In this document: positions 28,601 through 36,841 of the stretch, piece by piece
Numbering within the stretch: position 1 is the first letter of the stretch
Layout of the letters: each line of letters opens with the position of its first letter
Assembly: GCA_964558645.1 (NCBI GenBank)
Contig: CAZLEV010000001.1
Location: 381,568-445,567 of the forward strand
Length of the DNA: 64,000 nucleotides
Direction of reading: 5' to 3'
Origin: an uncultured archaeon
GTDB lineage: Archaea > Asgardarchaeota > Thorarchaeia > Thorarchaeales > Thorarchaeaceae
Position numbers and translations under genes: made by a program
Notes under the pieces: model-generated
Databases searched by the model: none
Seen by the model: the letters and a program-made list of their open reading frames with translations, nothing else
Told to the model about the DNA's origin: nothing

Positions 28601-31319
28601 TGAACTTCCTTCTGAAGAAGCCGACATTATGGACTGCAGATCCTGAATTCTGATCTGTAACAAATGCTTGGACTTCCCAGTTTCCCACTGATGCGTTGTA
28701 AGGGTTAAGGTTAACGAACTCGGTGACTGCATATCCAGAGCTGTTCACGGTAGCCTGAAGGGATGTCCAGAGCGTGCCATTAGGCAGATATACCGAGAAA
28801 TAGACAATATCTGAGGCGTAGTCTGGCGCGAGAGATACCATGAACCGAGTATCATCATCTGCTCTGAAGTTATTTGTGATGAGCCAAGATGTCGTATATT
28901 CATCCCAAACCTTCAAGCTATCGATTATGTTGGGCGAAGATCCCTTTAGGTACCAGAAGCCGTTTTGGGCACTGGTCGTTATGTCATAGACTGAAACGTT
29001 TAGAGAACCGTCGCCTGGTTCTCCCAAACTCCAACCGGATGTGAGATTATCCAAGCGATAACTTGGCTCTCCCACATGATCTATATCTCGGTTTTCCGGT
29101 ATTGAAACATTGAAGAAGAAGCGATTCTCATAGCCGCCCGGGACAGCAGCGTAGTGGTTCGTGTCCCACCTTATGTCGGTACTATTTTGGGCGAGATAGT
29201 TATCACCATTTGTGAAGGTTTCCGTCTCAGATACAGTCTGTATATCGTATCTTCTTGCAAAGGCAGTCACGAGAACGTCGATCTCAACTGTTATCTCCTC
29301 ATCCGGGTCTGGAGGATTGGGAGTTGGGGTCCATGAGAAGTTGGCGTATACACTGCCCTCAGTCCATGGGGTTGACGGTCGATATGAAACAGTTCCAAGT
29401 CCCAGGATGGGAGTTGACCCCTCAAGTACATTTGAAACATCTTCCCCATTCATCTGTAAATTGATTGATTCAGGAGCCGCCTTGGCTTTTATATAGACGG
29501 CAATATTGTCAAAACGCCCCTCAGGCTTGATGTCGTCTGTTCGATACCATTCAGAATCAGTCACTCGCAGTCCAACCATAATCGAAACATTGGGGAGTGT
29601 GAAATAAGCGGGATCGGTCGGAATCAAACCGGTTGAGTACCAAGTGTTATCATCAGCAATCCCATCAAACGCCATATTCCAGAGATAGTCTCCTCCTTCG
29701 TCTGGGTCACCGACAGTCACGAACAGCTCAAAGAATCCTGTTGGATTGTAGTTCTCCCACCATCTCCCACGGATATCGGCATAGTAGTCAAGTGAAACTC
29801 CGGCCCAAGTGATTTCTCCTCGGTCTATCGTAATGTCTTGTTGGATAAACGCCTTGTCACCAGGATTATACCAGAAACCATAGAGTCCTCCCTCATTTCT
29901 GTGATAATATCCATCTATCATCGCTGTCGCAGCAGCGTCGCCGTCTCCTCCATTTGGCATCCGTCTTGCTATCTTGCGGGTGGTCCCGCTTCTCTCACTT
30001 GTGAATACATAATCAGATCCGTTAAGGGCTATCCCGTAGTTGAATCTGAATTGACCATTACCGCTTCCATCAGAACCCCACTGACCTAGATATGAACCCG
30101 TTGAGGAGAAGTACTGCACTCTGTCGTTCCCAACGTCTGCGACGTAGATGGTGCCGCCTGAGCTTACTGCGACCCCCACTGGAGTCCTGAAGTATCCATT
30201 TCCTCCACTACCATAAAACGAATTCTGGCTACCGACTAGACTCTGGTAGCTACCCGTTGAGCTGAACCTCTGTACTCTGCAGTTGCTAGTATCTGAAACA
30301 ATGATCTCGTCGTTGTTTTGGTTGATTGCGATGCCCGTTGGGCGACGGAGCTGCCCTGTACTTGTTCCGGTTCCTCCAAATTGCCCCTGATAGACCCCGT
30401 GCATATTGAAATACTGTACTCTATCATTGCCCATGTCGGCGACATAGACGTATCCGTTCGAGTTGCGGATTGCAACTCCCATCGGACCGTGGAATTCGGA
30501 TGCTACTTCCCCTGTGCTTCCCCACTGGCTGACGTATTGGCCTTGAGAATCAAAGAGTTGGATTCTGTCATTCCCAGAATCTGCAACATACACATGTCCG
30601 GTCGAGTTGATTGCGATGCCAGTCGGATAACTGAACTCACCATCCCCCGTGCCTGCACTTCCCCATTGAAACTGAAAGGTACCCGTGGCATCGAAGACCT
30701 GTATTCGATTATTGTAACTGTCAGCAACGTAGACATGACCAGAGCTGTTAATGGCAATCCCCCAGGGATCGGTGAAATTACCGCTTTCGCTGCCCCTTGC
30801 TCCCCACTGGCCCTGGTAACCGCCACCAGAAGTGAAGTATTGGACTCTGTTGTTTCCGTTGAAGGCCCCCTCGAGTTGGGAGCTTCCATACACCCAGGCG
30901 CCAGATTCCTCGAAGTCGTTGTTTACTAACCATGTGCGATTCTCAGTGATGCTTGTCAAATTCCCGAAGACCTCATAGCCCTCCCAGTTGTCGCCTAGTG
31001 GAACCGACAGGTTTGCAGTTGTGGTAGTTCCTGAGGGATGATAGACCATCTGTTCACTTGAGAACGAATCGGTGCGTTTACCATATTCTGATGCGATGAG
31101 TGGATCTCCAATACCTGTTACTTGATCTGGAGCAGAAGCTATTTCATACTTCATGAGTACTTCGTCTGGGCCCACGTGTATTTGGGTTCCATCATCAAGC
31201 GTTACCGTTTCACCTTCAGCCTGGTTCCATCCAAGTCCCAAGTCGGGGAACAGACTAGTGGAACTAAACAACAGGGAAACAATAGCCACGAATACTAGTA
31301 TTGTCTTTCGCTTCTGCAT
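22641..31319 (-). CDS. Giant membrane-anchored cell-surface protein B (2892 aa) with NHL beta-propeller; paralog of protein A
   Basis: Same architecture as A, plus about six NHL repeats (GxGxGxF..P.GIA......VYVAD.GNDRVQ.F). Its stop overlaps the start of A by 4 nt. Confidence 0.92.
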   Translation of the reverse strand: MQKRKTILVFVAIVSLLFSSTSLFPDLGLGWNQAEGETVTLDDGTQIHVGPDEVLMKYEIASAPDQVTGIGDPLIASEYGKRTDSFSSEQMVYHPSGTTTTANLSVPLGDNWEGYEVFGNLTSITENRTWLVNNDFEESGAWVYGSSQLEGAFNGNNRVQYFTSGGGYQGQWGARGSESGNFTDPWGIAINSSGHVYVADSYNNRIQVFDATGTFQFQWGSAGTGDGEFSYPTGIAINSTGHVYVADSGNDRIQLFDSQGQYVSQWGSTGEVASEFHGPMGVAIRNSNGYVYVADMGNDRVQYFNMHGVYQGQFGGTGTSTGQLRRPTGIAINQNNDEIIVSDTSNCRVQRFSSTGSYQSLVGSQNSFYGSGGNGYFRTPVGVAVSSGGTIYVADVGNDRVQYFSSTGSYLGQWGSDGSGNGQFRFNYGIALNGSDYVFTSERSGTTRKIARRMPNGGDGDAAATAMIDGYYHRNEGGLYGFWYNPGDKAFIQQDITIDRGEITWAGVSLDYYADIRGRWWENYNPTGFFELFVTVGDPDEGGDYLWNMAFDGIADDNTWYSTGLIPTDPAYFTLPNVSIMVGLRVTDSEWYRTDDIKPEGRFDNIAVYIKAKAAPESINLQMNGEDVSNVLEGSTPILGLGTVSYRPSTPWTEGSVYANFSWTPTPNPPDPDEEITVEIDVLVTAFARRYDIQTVSETETFTNGDNYLAQNSTDIRWDTNHYAAVPGGYENRFFFNVSIPENRDIDHVGEPSYRLDNLTSGWSLGEPGDGSLNVSVYDITTSAQNGFWYLKGSSPNIIDSLKVWDEYTTSWLITNNFRADDDTRFMVSLAPDYASDIVYFSVYLPNGTLWTSLQATVNSSGYAVTEFVNLNPYNASVGNWEVQAFVTDQNSGSAVHNVGFFRRKFSVTHSTDMSVKYPVGSAATWTKNVTHGDLILLQLRVQDADNTDLLAGGVMTYSWAAGSGTMNDLGTGEYSITLDTGELASNGAFNVSLEWNKDFYDPLSRNFIINAIYTTDLLSPDAPGVDVPMSYDAEMTVQFKDQKGDPITDAQITTDWTHDSYSVAPQTGNPGYYTLTLGTDGVSIGEYDVAITAAKDYYESRTIVLSLEVRELFTSAIPSTSQLSLPVGYTTSFTITYTDTDHDQPITDSADAITCNWSALHGYTFDDYNVTETATPGVYRVDLYSLDDDILDTYTVEFNVKKYGAQNHTFNVKVQLRTHLTSFYLTNPIDPTPYTADVVISVVYYDVDADTGIVGSNALIYVESPGFPSIIYDVANGTQSGEYIISLPASQWGSTGTKDLIIYANWTGPTVKFSNETVTTSVRITSTPTDIFIGQNPVMTPYGENLTFSVIYYDVANDTGIVNATGSYPFNVHLYIDVLTAGQALSQGLMVITELDPVNNPGEYQIEFDTSYLSGLISCDLRIQFNWTKGQLPLYENQTLIITVYTTQRQTNVDWTPLPTVPYDELVNLTVVYRDVLLGEAILNASTLYLSIQEVIGYTIYYEGDGTGTFFIEIDTSSWIPGSHSFHLNFTWTGEPFYQNRTSVEIPITVRERFTELTHGAYGPIQFANNLTLLFTYTDLDDFTSTGMQGGTLTLDASLEGNYTSYDNLDGTYTVVLNTSALETLGTFTINVTIIYGGSRYCQDAGDYFYLTVTRRRAQLTSDLPDLAPYLTQANITVTYSDDNTDEGIPDATILASCSSSYEPLELGVNYFVDYLGDGQYRVRISTEALGGFGTYSIAIEASYTGSPYYQNRTRTAEVEVSRRPATITISKSPLNTPYLSNVTFEITVTDDLDGSGISLSKLELLLGHGAGETLTSSQYSLSGTNGVYSISIQSTLLVSELVSKHPVSVKFFWGDSIPFYANSSTSTEATITQRLTQASVLSTPPADIFYNATAVLKYTDYLTGNGISGAEVTVSCSNVSVIEYWVLVGADGSYEVRINTTEFPTLGKYRFSANFTWLGTPFYQNKTQLSFSITLNPVSTELALVVPTGVTYYLGDTLEANVTFTSINTGLGIEGANVTTNWQSLYGSTATILEGVGGVYYLTIDTRPLDAGEYPFEVYASSYLHYNRTITADIVLAALPVDIDLDAHPESPEWGTIVTINVNVTNARNGTGVVGGNVNLTVLSDTFAMIEIENGAYSLNLSTLAYNAGEYTLSISFALANYESRQREFQVRISKVPARLTGALDKLVVVNGQNVTIEAQYLIQANDTVIPDGSLSFAWTGGSGILIWNSTLSRYVGHFTIEGVSIRNYQIQVQATSTNYKSISIQLTIEVREINTEITPVDGRTVLSAVAGALANITVHLNNTDLGTGVTGANLIYSISGISGNLSEIEDGWYYALVNTTELAIQEYILRVSSTKDGYASASLQFTLTVTRIRTTVEILTDASQDVYYGQLATFSFSFWDETNSMSVEDATTSFTIGDYTGILLEGENGTYSFTLDTSLVQAGIIPYDISVSFQKTRYEFGYSSVKLRVLPIPTEVIGTLEVDIPVSDDYTQLFQFNDTLNHVLVTDATATAIWEFGADPLTNLGNGSYRFGAVESGIQSLDVRENPYIIRVTFTRGNYSRGEIIVEMTIRQIRTELQVTPPPGTVFSGQTVFVRVTYWDVDHETGIPMAVNSTSGTSLQVLPESSIDFGNGTYVFAFVGTNVQGYEYRIQLNKTNYESSTYSGIVYVTLSPEQQALYTSFGYLALAILGLVAFAAAYIRVWSVPKMLRRIRAMVRQLSRGKIPEPAPVRNRKQVIIDMMNEDLRPVRVVKGSADVAPSTVDISILDIEELLKELAVVVGLAPEDVDTLRGDLEKMRPSERAGFISEVLKQERARRAKDIVEAEKLAEPEKETLDLERKLTEEELDHLRERLVEMGIDGAEAELMIEQARNLSKAEIDALLDQLGGDAE
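29993..30860 (-). repeat. NHL repeats (about 6 blades) within protein B
   Basis: ~47-aa periodic units such as PWGIAINSSGHVYVADSYNNRIQVF, PTGIAINSTGHVYVADSGNDRIQLF and PVGVAVSSGGTIYVADVGNDRVQYF. Confidence 0.9.
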
Positions 31320-31491
31320 AGCATTTTCACCGGCAAGTTTCGCTTGACGAAGCTCGGATAACCACTGGATAGCTGGGTTTGTCCTCTCTTCTCAATGATG
31401 CAGTGTAATCCGTACAGTCTTTTTAATAATGTCATCATCTTGTCGTTCCCTAAAAAGAACGTTCTGTCATTTTTTCGAAACGTGATACAGT

Positions 31492-33669
31492 CTATGTTCT
31501 TGCCTCACGCCTCTTGAACCAGACCAGTATGAGAACCACCAACACGAAGGTGTACGGAACGATGAACATCATACTGTAGAGAGCATGTGCTCCATTCGAG
31601 GTGCCAGATGTGGGTTCGACAAGTGTCACCCATTCAGTCGTCGCAGAGTTGAGTCCTCTATCATAGGCCTGTACCATAAGAAGGACTCCATGTTCTGGCT
31701 CGAACGCACGGATGCTGAACTGGGTCGTCCACAGACTTCCGTTGTAGGTGCAGAGGAACTCGAGGGTTGTTTCATTAAGACTCACCACGGCCGTGACATT
31801 CTTCACCCCCGCAATGTCGTCCGATACTTCTGCCCACACGGAGAGGTTTCCACCGGCGAAGTCGTGAGGCTCATATCCCCAGTTCCATATTGTCGGCGGA
31901 AGGGTATCTGCTACCGAGAAAACCATGTCATGCTTTCTCTGCTTAGCCTGTTGAAGCGCATCGTAGCAGCCATGCCAGTCCATGGATTCGTATCTCTCAC
32001 GCGCCAGATCATAGTAGTCCATTACGTTGTTCATGATTTGGATGGTCTCGGGCTCTGCCCGGTTACTAATGGTGTCCCACGCGTCCAGGAAGTCCTGATA
32101 GTAATCATACTCCATCTGATCAAGATATGTTCCCTGCACCCAGTTCTGATCAAAACTAGACGTTCCATTGTGCATTCCAAAGTATCCCATGGGAGAGGAT
32201 GAGAAGTCCCCGACATAATGTCGATAGACCCACGTATGCCCCATTCCGATTGCATGCATGGTCTCGTGCATCTGTACGCCAGATACCCCCTCTCTCTTAG
32301 TTGTTCCATCATCACGGTAGTATCGCTCCCAAGACTTCCAGACACAAGTCTGTCCTCCGCCACCTAGCCCGGTGAATGATCCAGTGGGAGTGTACATGGT
32401 CATATTCTGTTTGATGAAGACAACTCCGAAGACGTTGATGTTCTCATCGAAGACATCTACATAGCGCCATCTCACATTTTGATAGATGTCTTCGAACAAA
32501 GCATACCCATCGACCCATGTGTGCCCGTTCTCAACATGGGAGTGCTCATCGAACAGACCCATTATGTAGGGAAGATGGATGTGATCTCTGAATTGCACAG
32601 TCGCAGTCCATGGTATGAACGGTAGGAGATCTGAAAGGAAATCTTCTAGCAGCTCTTCACTTGTGACCCATGTGAGGCTGTCTAGCGGGATTCCCTCCCT
32701 CGTGTCCATTGCTATCACAAGCGTGGTTAGACTGCCACTGTCAACAAATGCAGTGGGCTGGTGTTGGGATGGGAAGAAGACATACCTGACGATGTCACTC
32801 AGATAGTTCGCTAGATACGCGCTCAACTCCAATTGCCCTTCAGATGTTGAAAGGTCCAGTCCAGCCACAACATCCTCTAGGTCTTCGGTGCAGTGCCTTG
32901 GATGTTGATCATAGGGTGCTGTTCCCCACCAGATTCGGGCCCACCTCAGATACCACTGGTCAGCAGAGGGGTCGAGGACGAACACATTGCCCTTTCCACC
33001 GAAACCTGCGTACTGCAGTTTCACATCACGATTCAGCTCGTTGTCCCACTCGAGCCGCCACCAGTCAATCTCTTCACCACTGTCAGGATCCACAGGGTTG
33101 TAGTCGTACCAATGTTCAAGCTTGTGGTCTGGTGAATCGAACTCGGAGAAGTTGAACAGATAGAGATTGTAATGCAAACCACTCGAAACTACCAGCGGGT
33201 TTTCTATGAGCCATTCCTCTATCGGGTCTGCGTCTATGGACATTCCTGCGCGGGGGTAGAAGACTCTCTGAGGTACTTCTGGATTGGCCTTCTGATACTC
33301 CAAAGCCTCCTCATCCAGACTGGTTCCTGTGGTGCTACCATTGATGTGGTTCTCGAGCATGAGGTTTCTGATTGAATCAGTGTAGTCCGAGTTGGCGTAG
33401 AAGACCTCGTATTGTATGCTGTAGATTATATCACAAATCTCCGCGACATGCTCTCTCTGTGTCGGTAACCATTCGTAGAGAGCAGTGTCGTCAATGACGT
33501 CAGAATCGTAATTCACAAGGATGATATTTACAGTCCAGTCACGCTCTATCTCTTGCATGGGTACCGGGTCTTCCGAATGGGTCGAAGACGCCGGTGCCAC
33601 AAATAACCCACCTGCTACAGCAGATGCAAGGAGAACGGCTAGTACTACCGACGCGACGACGGACCGCAT
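31492..33669 (-). CDS. Secreted, membrane-anchored zinc metalloprotease (metzincin-like)
   Basis: Signal peptide, HETMHAIGMGH (HExxHxxGxxH), downstream SPMGY Met-turn, Ig-like module, C-terminal TM with KRR tail. Confidence 0.85.
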   Translation of the reverse strand: MRSVVASVVLAVLLASAVAGGLFVAPASSTHSEDPVPMQEIERDWTVNIILVNYDSDVIDDTALYEWLPTQREHVAEICDIIYSIQYEVFYANSDYTDSIRNLMLENHINGSTTGTSLDEEALEYQKANPEVPQRVFYPRAGMSIDADPIEEWLIENPLVVSSGLHYNLYLFNFSEFDSPDHKLEHWYDYNPVDPDSGEEIDWWRLEWDNELNRDVKLQYAGFGGKGNVFVLDPSADQWYLRWARIWWGTAPYDQHPRHCTEDLEDVVAGLDLSTSEGQLELSAYLANYLSDIVRYVFFPSQHQPTAFVDSGSLTTLVIAMDTREGIPLDSLTWVTSEELLEDFLSDLLPFIPWTATVQFRDHIHLPYIMGLFDEHSHVENGHTWVDGYALFEDIYQNVRWRYVDVFDENINVFGVVFIKQNMTMYTPTGSFTGLGGGGQTCVWKSWERYYRDDGTTKREGVSGVQMHETMHAIGMGHTWVYRHYVGDFSSSPMGYFGMHNGTSSFDQNWVQGTYLDQMEYDYYQDFLDAWDTISNRAEPETIQIMNNVMDYYDLARERYESMDWHGCYDALQQAKQRKHDMVFSVADTLPPTIWNWGYEPHDFAGGNLSVWAEVSDDIAGVKNVTAVVSLNETTLEFLCTYNGSLWTTQFSIRAFEPEHGVLLMVQAYDRGLNSATTEWVTLVEPTSGTSNGAHALYSMMFIVPYTFVLVVLILVWFKRREART

Positions 33670-33925
33670 GTATCACTTATCTCGTTGACGAATATTAACG
33701 AAGCGGTACGGTTTTGTTAGAAGATATATGTTTCAAACCACATGCATAACTATATTAGGATATATGAATAACGCATAGTAAGCGTCGGCATTCGATCAGC
33801 GATTGACATGGACCAGTGAACACCTCTACGGCAATTCGATTTCACATCAACACCACCGAAAGCATTGACCTCGCTGACGCATCTCATCTTTTCATACCTT
33901 AACTCATTAGACAGAGAGGTTCGTT

Positions 33926-35953
33926 TCACGTGGGCTCTACCTGCTTGGGATGAGTAGAGCTGGTGCTCATAGGCAGCTCAATCACGAATCTCGTCCCCTT
34001 TGTATGGTTTCCTTTCACCCTGTCTTCAATCCAGATGCGACCTGAATACCTGTCAATGATTCGTTTGACAAGTGTAAGGCCTATCCCGTGACGCGCTCCT
34101 TTCCTGTCACCAATAGAGACCAAGATATCTTCCTTCTCCTTATCGGGTATTCCCTGCCCGGAGTCTTCCATGGCGATGCTCAGAGTTTCCGCTCCTATCG
34201 CCTTTGCTCTTACCTCTATTCTCACAGTTGCTTCAGGGTCGAAACGGATGGCATTGTGAAGCAGATTATAGAACACATCCTCGAGAAATCTGTCTGCCGT
34301 AACGATATACTCTCCCGGTCCAAAGTCGATGGCAACCTCAAGCTGTTTATTGGGGAAAGACTCGCTAGCGGTTTCGGCGGCTCTTGTGAGCATCTTATGC
34401 GGGCAAACCGGGTGAAGAGTGACCATGCCGCCCCTGAGCTGGGCCAGTCTCTTCACATTTGTGGTCAACAGGATTCCTCTCCTTGTCAGCAGGAATGCTG
34501 TGTCTACCAACTGTCTAACATCATCAGAAACGTTTCGTAGCTTCATGAGATCAAGGCTTGCTATGATGCCTTGTTGTATGTTTGCTAGATCATGCGCCAA
34601 GATATCATTGTAGAATTCAGCGGTCCTCTTGGCCATCTCGAGCTCACCCTCCGTGTTCTTTCTCCTGGTTATGTCTCTGGCAACACCTACCACTGCTGTA
34701 GGTCTCTCTTTGTCATCACGAATGAAGGTTCGGGTGACTTCTATCCATATCAGTGAACCATCATAGCGTTTTGCCTCAAGTTCCAGTGTGGGCGTTTCAT
34801 AACCATTCCGTCCAATCTCTTTATTGAGGGCCAGCATCTTTCGTATTTCTTTGGCAATGATGTCTGTTGATTCTGGTGTCATGAACGTAGATATTGGGCT
34901 ATTCAGTACCTCTTCTGGTCTGTAGCCGAATACCTCTTGGACGGACGGACTGACATATTCGAGCTTCATGTCAAGACTGATAACCCATATCACATCCTTG
35001 ATGTTGTCTGCAAGTAGCCTGTATCGTTTCTCGCTCTCCTGAAGCGCATGTAGGTTTCGTCTGTGCTCGGTAGTATCAATGAACGTTCCGAGCACTGCAG
35101 GGCCTCCTTCATAATGAATTCGTGTCGCAGCTAATTCCCACCACCGGATTTCTCCGCTTCTTGTTATGACTCTCACAGCTGATCTACTTGGGCCGATTTC
35201 TCCTCTAAGGTGCTGCTCGAATCGTGAGAAATACCATTCTCTGTCATCAGGATGAACGGTATCTTCAATGCCTTCACCCCTCAGTGACAATAACTCATCT
35301 CTCGAGTAACCAATCATGGAGCAGAGCGCCGAGTTGGCATAGACGAACCTCAGAGGGTTTCCCTTTGCAATGGCAATCCCTTGAATAGAGTTCTCGACTA
35401 GCATTCGGAATTTCTCTTCGCTCTTCGTTAATGCTTCGAGATTCTGTTGATGCTCAATGAGAGCTCCGAACGCTTGCGCTATGGACTCGAATAGCCTCTT
35501 ACCTTCTGTTGCTAGCGGTTTCTTGCTATGGCTAGCAAGATTAACAACGCCCATAAGTTTGCCATTCCCCCCTTTGATGGGCCAGAAGACTAGCGTTCTT
35601 ATCTTGAGTGCTCGAATGATCTCAAGACGTGACTCAGGCAGGTCTTCTGTTGGCGCATCAAGCATGAAGACAGGTTCACCGCTACGCGCGACAGAGGCTG
35701 CAAGATTTTCTGGATCACCAAGCGGCAGTTCGGGTATGAGTCTGTCTTCCGGCACACCTCTGGCGGCAACTAGTCTGAGTACGTTGTTCTCATGGTCTAT
35801 CATTTGCAGGGTTCCGATATCCAGGTCCAAGGTGTTCAGAAGCTCTGCAAGCATTCTTGAGTAGACATCTGGAGTTAACTCATTCTGAAGTACGAATTCT
35901 GTGATGAGTTTGAGTGCGTCTACTTCCTGCTGCAATTTGGTTTCTTCTTCCAC
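33926..35953 (-). CDS. Cytoplasmic GAF-PAS-PAS sensor histidine kinase
   Basis: GAF domain, two PAS/PAC domains, H-box HDLAN, N-box NLLHNA, DSGQGI and GIGL boxes. Confidence 0.92.
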   Translation of the reverse strand: MEEETKLQQEVDALKLITEFVLQNELTPDVYSRMLAELLNTLDLDIGTLQMIDHENNVLRLVAARGVPEDRLIPELPLGDPENLAASVARSGEPVFMLDAPTEDLPESRLEIIRALKIRTLVFWPIKGGNGKLMGVVNLASHSKKPLATEGKRLFESIAQAFGALIEHQQNLEALTKSEEKFRMLVENSIQGIAIAKGNPLRFVYANSALCSMIGYSRDELLSLRGEGIEDTVHPDDREWYFSRFEQHLRGEIGPSRSAVRVITRSGEIRWWELAATRIHYEGGPAVLGTFIDTTEHRRNLHALQESEKRYRLLADNIKDVIWVISLDMKLEYVSPSVQEVFGYRPEEVLNSPISTFMTPESTDIIAKEIRKMLALNKEIGRNGYETPTLELEAKRYDGSLIWIEVTRTFIRDDKERPTAVVGVARDITRRKNTEGELEMAKRTAEFYNDILAHDLANIQQGIIASLDLMKLRNVSDDVRQLVDTAFLLTRRGILLTTNVKRLAQLRGGMVTLHPVCPHKMLTRAAETASESFPNKQLEVAIDFGPGEYIVTADRFLEDVFYNLLHNAIRFDPEATVRIEVRAKAIGAETLSIAMEDSGQGIPDKEKEDILVSIGDRKGARHGIGLTLVKRIIDRYSGRIWIEDRVKGNHTKGTRFVIELPMSTSSTHPKQVEPT

Positions 35954-36155
35954 GTCTGGATGCCGCTCCCTCTTGTTTTGGTATCTCTGAGTCTATTTAG
36001 CACCTTTCTTGTTATTGTCGTAATTATGTCTATGGTTTTCTAACCAGGAATGCTGGGCGAACAACTGACGAGTCAAACATCGCTCGCTGAACAAGCAGCA
36101 GACACACCTAAACGTTCAATGTCTTCTTCCATGCAGGTCATTTGTTGATTAAAAT

Positions 36156-36551
36156 CTAAACGCGCCGTTTCACGGTGGGCATAGTGGCGCCACAATAGGG
36201 GCATTTGACTGTCAACGGCCCGACCCACTCTACATTCTCGAGACTGATACTTGCACCACAGCTCCTGCAGAAGCTCGGTGGTTCATGAATGTACGATGAG
36301 GCATCGGGTCCATTCTGCCCACGTAATGAGCCAAGGAATCCAGTGTGGCCACCATCCATTGATTTGACGATGAGCGGAACTCCTATGATTATCCCAATAA
36401 TGGGCACAAAGAATATCCAGAAGAGAATCGTACCAATTCCTGTATTCCCCGCTTGGAGTCCTATAATCATCATGATGAAGCCGCCTACGAAAAATATCAT
36501 GATAATTCCGATACCGGCCCAGAGTTTAGTAATGTCCGCCATCTCTCTCAA
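36156..36551 (-). CDS. 2-TM membrane protein with C-terminal zinc ribbon
   Basis: Two hydrophobic helices followed by CRSCG...CPYCG. Confidence 0.8.
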   Translation of the reverse strand: MREMADITKLWAGIGIIMIFFVGGFIMMIIGLQAGNTGIGTILFWIFFVPIIGIIIGVPLIVKSMDGGHTGFLGSLRGQNGPDASSYIHEPPSFCRSCGASISLENVEWVGPLTVKCPYCGATMPTVKRRV

Positions 36552-36841
36552 CTCTTGTGAGCCAACTAGGGCAAAAAACCCTTGCTCTCATAGACTCTTT
36601 CATGTTCTTCTGGAAGCGAGATGTGATGGTCTTGACATCTCTGGGTGTTTGTGTCTTCAGGCTCACAAGTGTCTTTATAGCCTCCGTAGTTGCACTAGTT
36701 GTGGGTTGAGGTCGTGGACTAGAAGGTACAGCAATAGCGCATTATGGTGCTGCTCACGCCTGCGGTAATAATGTCTTATTGTGGGCCTTACATCCTAAGG
36801 ACAGGAGAGAACGAACTGGACGAAACGAAGGGACGAATCTG

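Noticed and set aside
29993-30860. DGR or nucleotide-level tandem repeat in the NHL region
   Set aside because: Repeats are diverged at DNA level, with no adenine-specific template/variable pair and no reverse transcriptase in the window.
15077-31347. Numerous 60-200 aa alternative-frame ORFs inside the giant genes
   Set aside because: Shadow ORFs without motifs, expected opposite or within long coding sequences.
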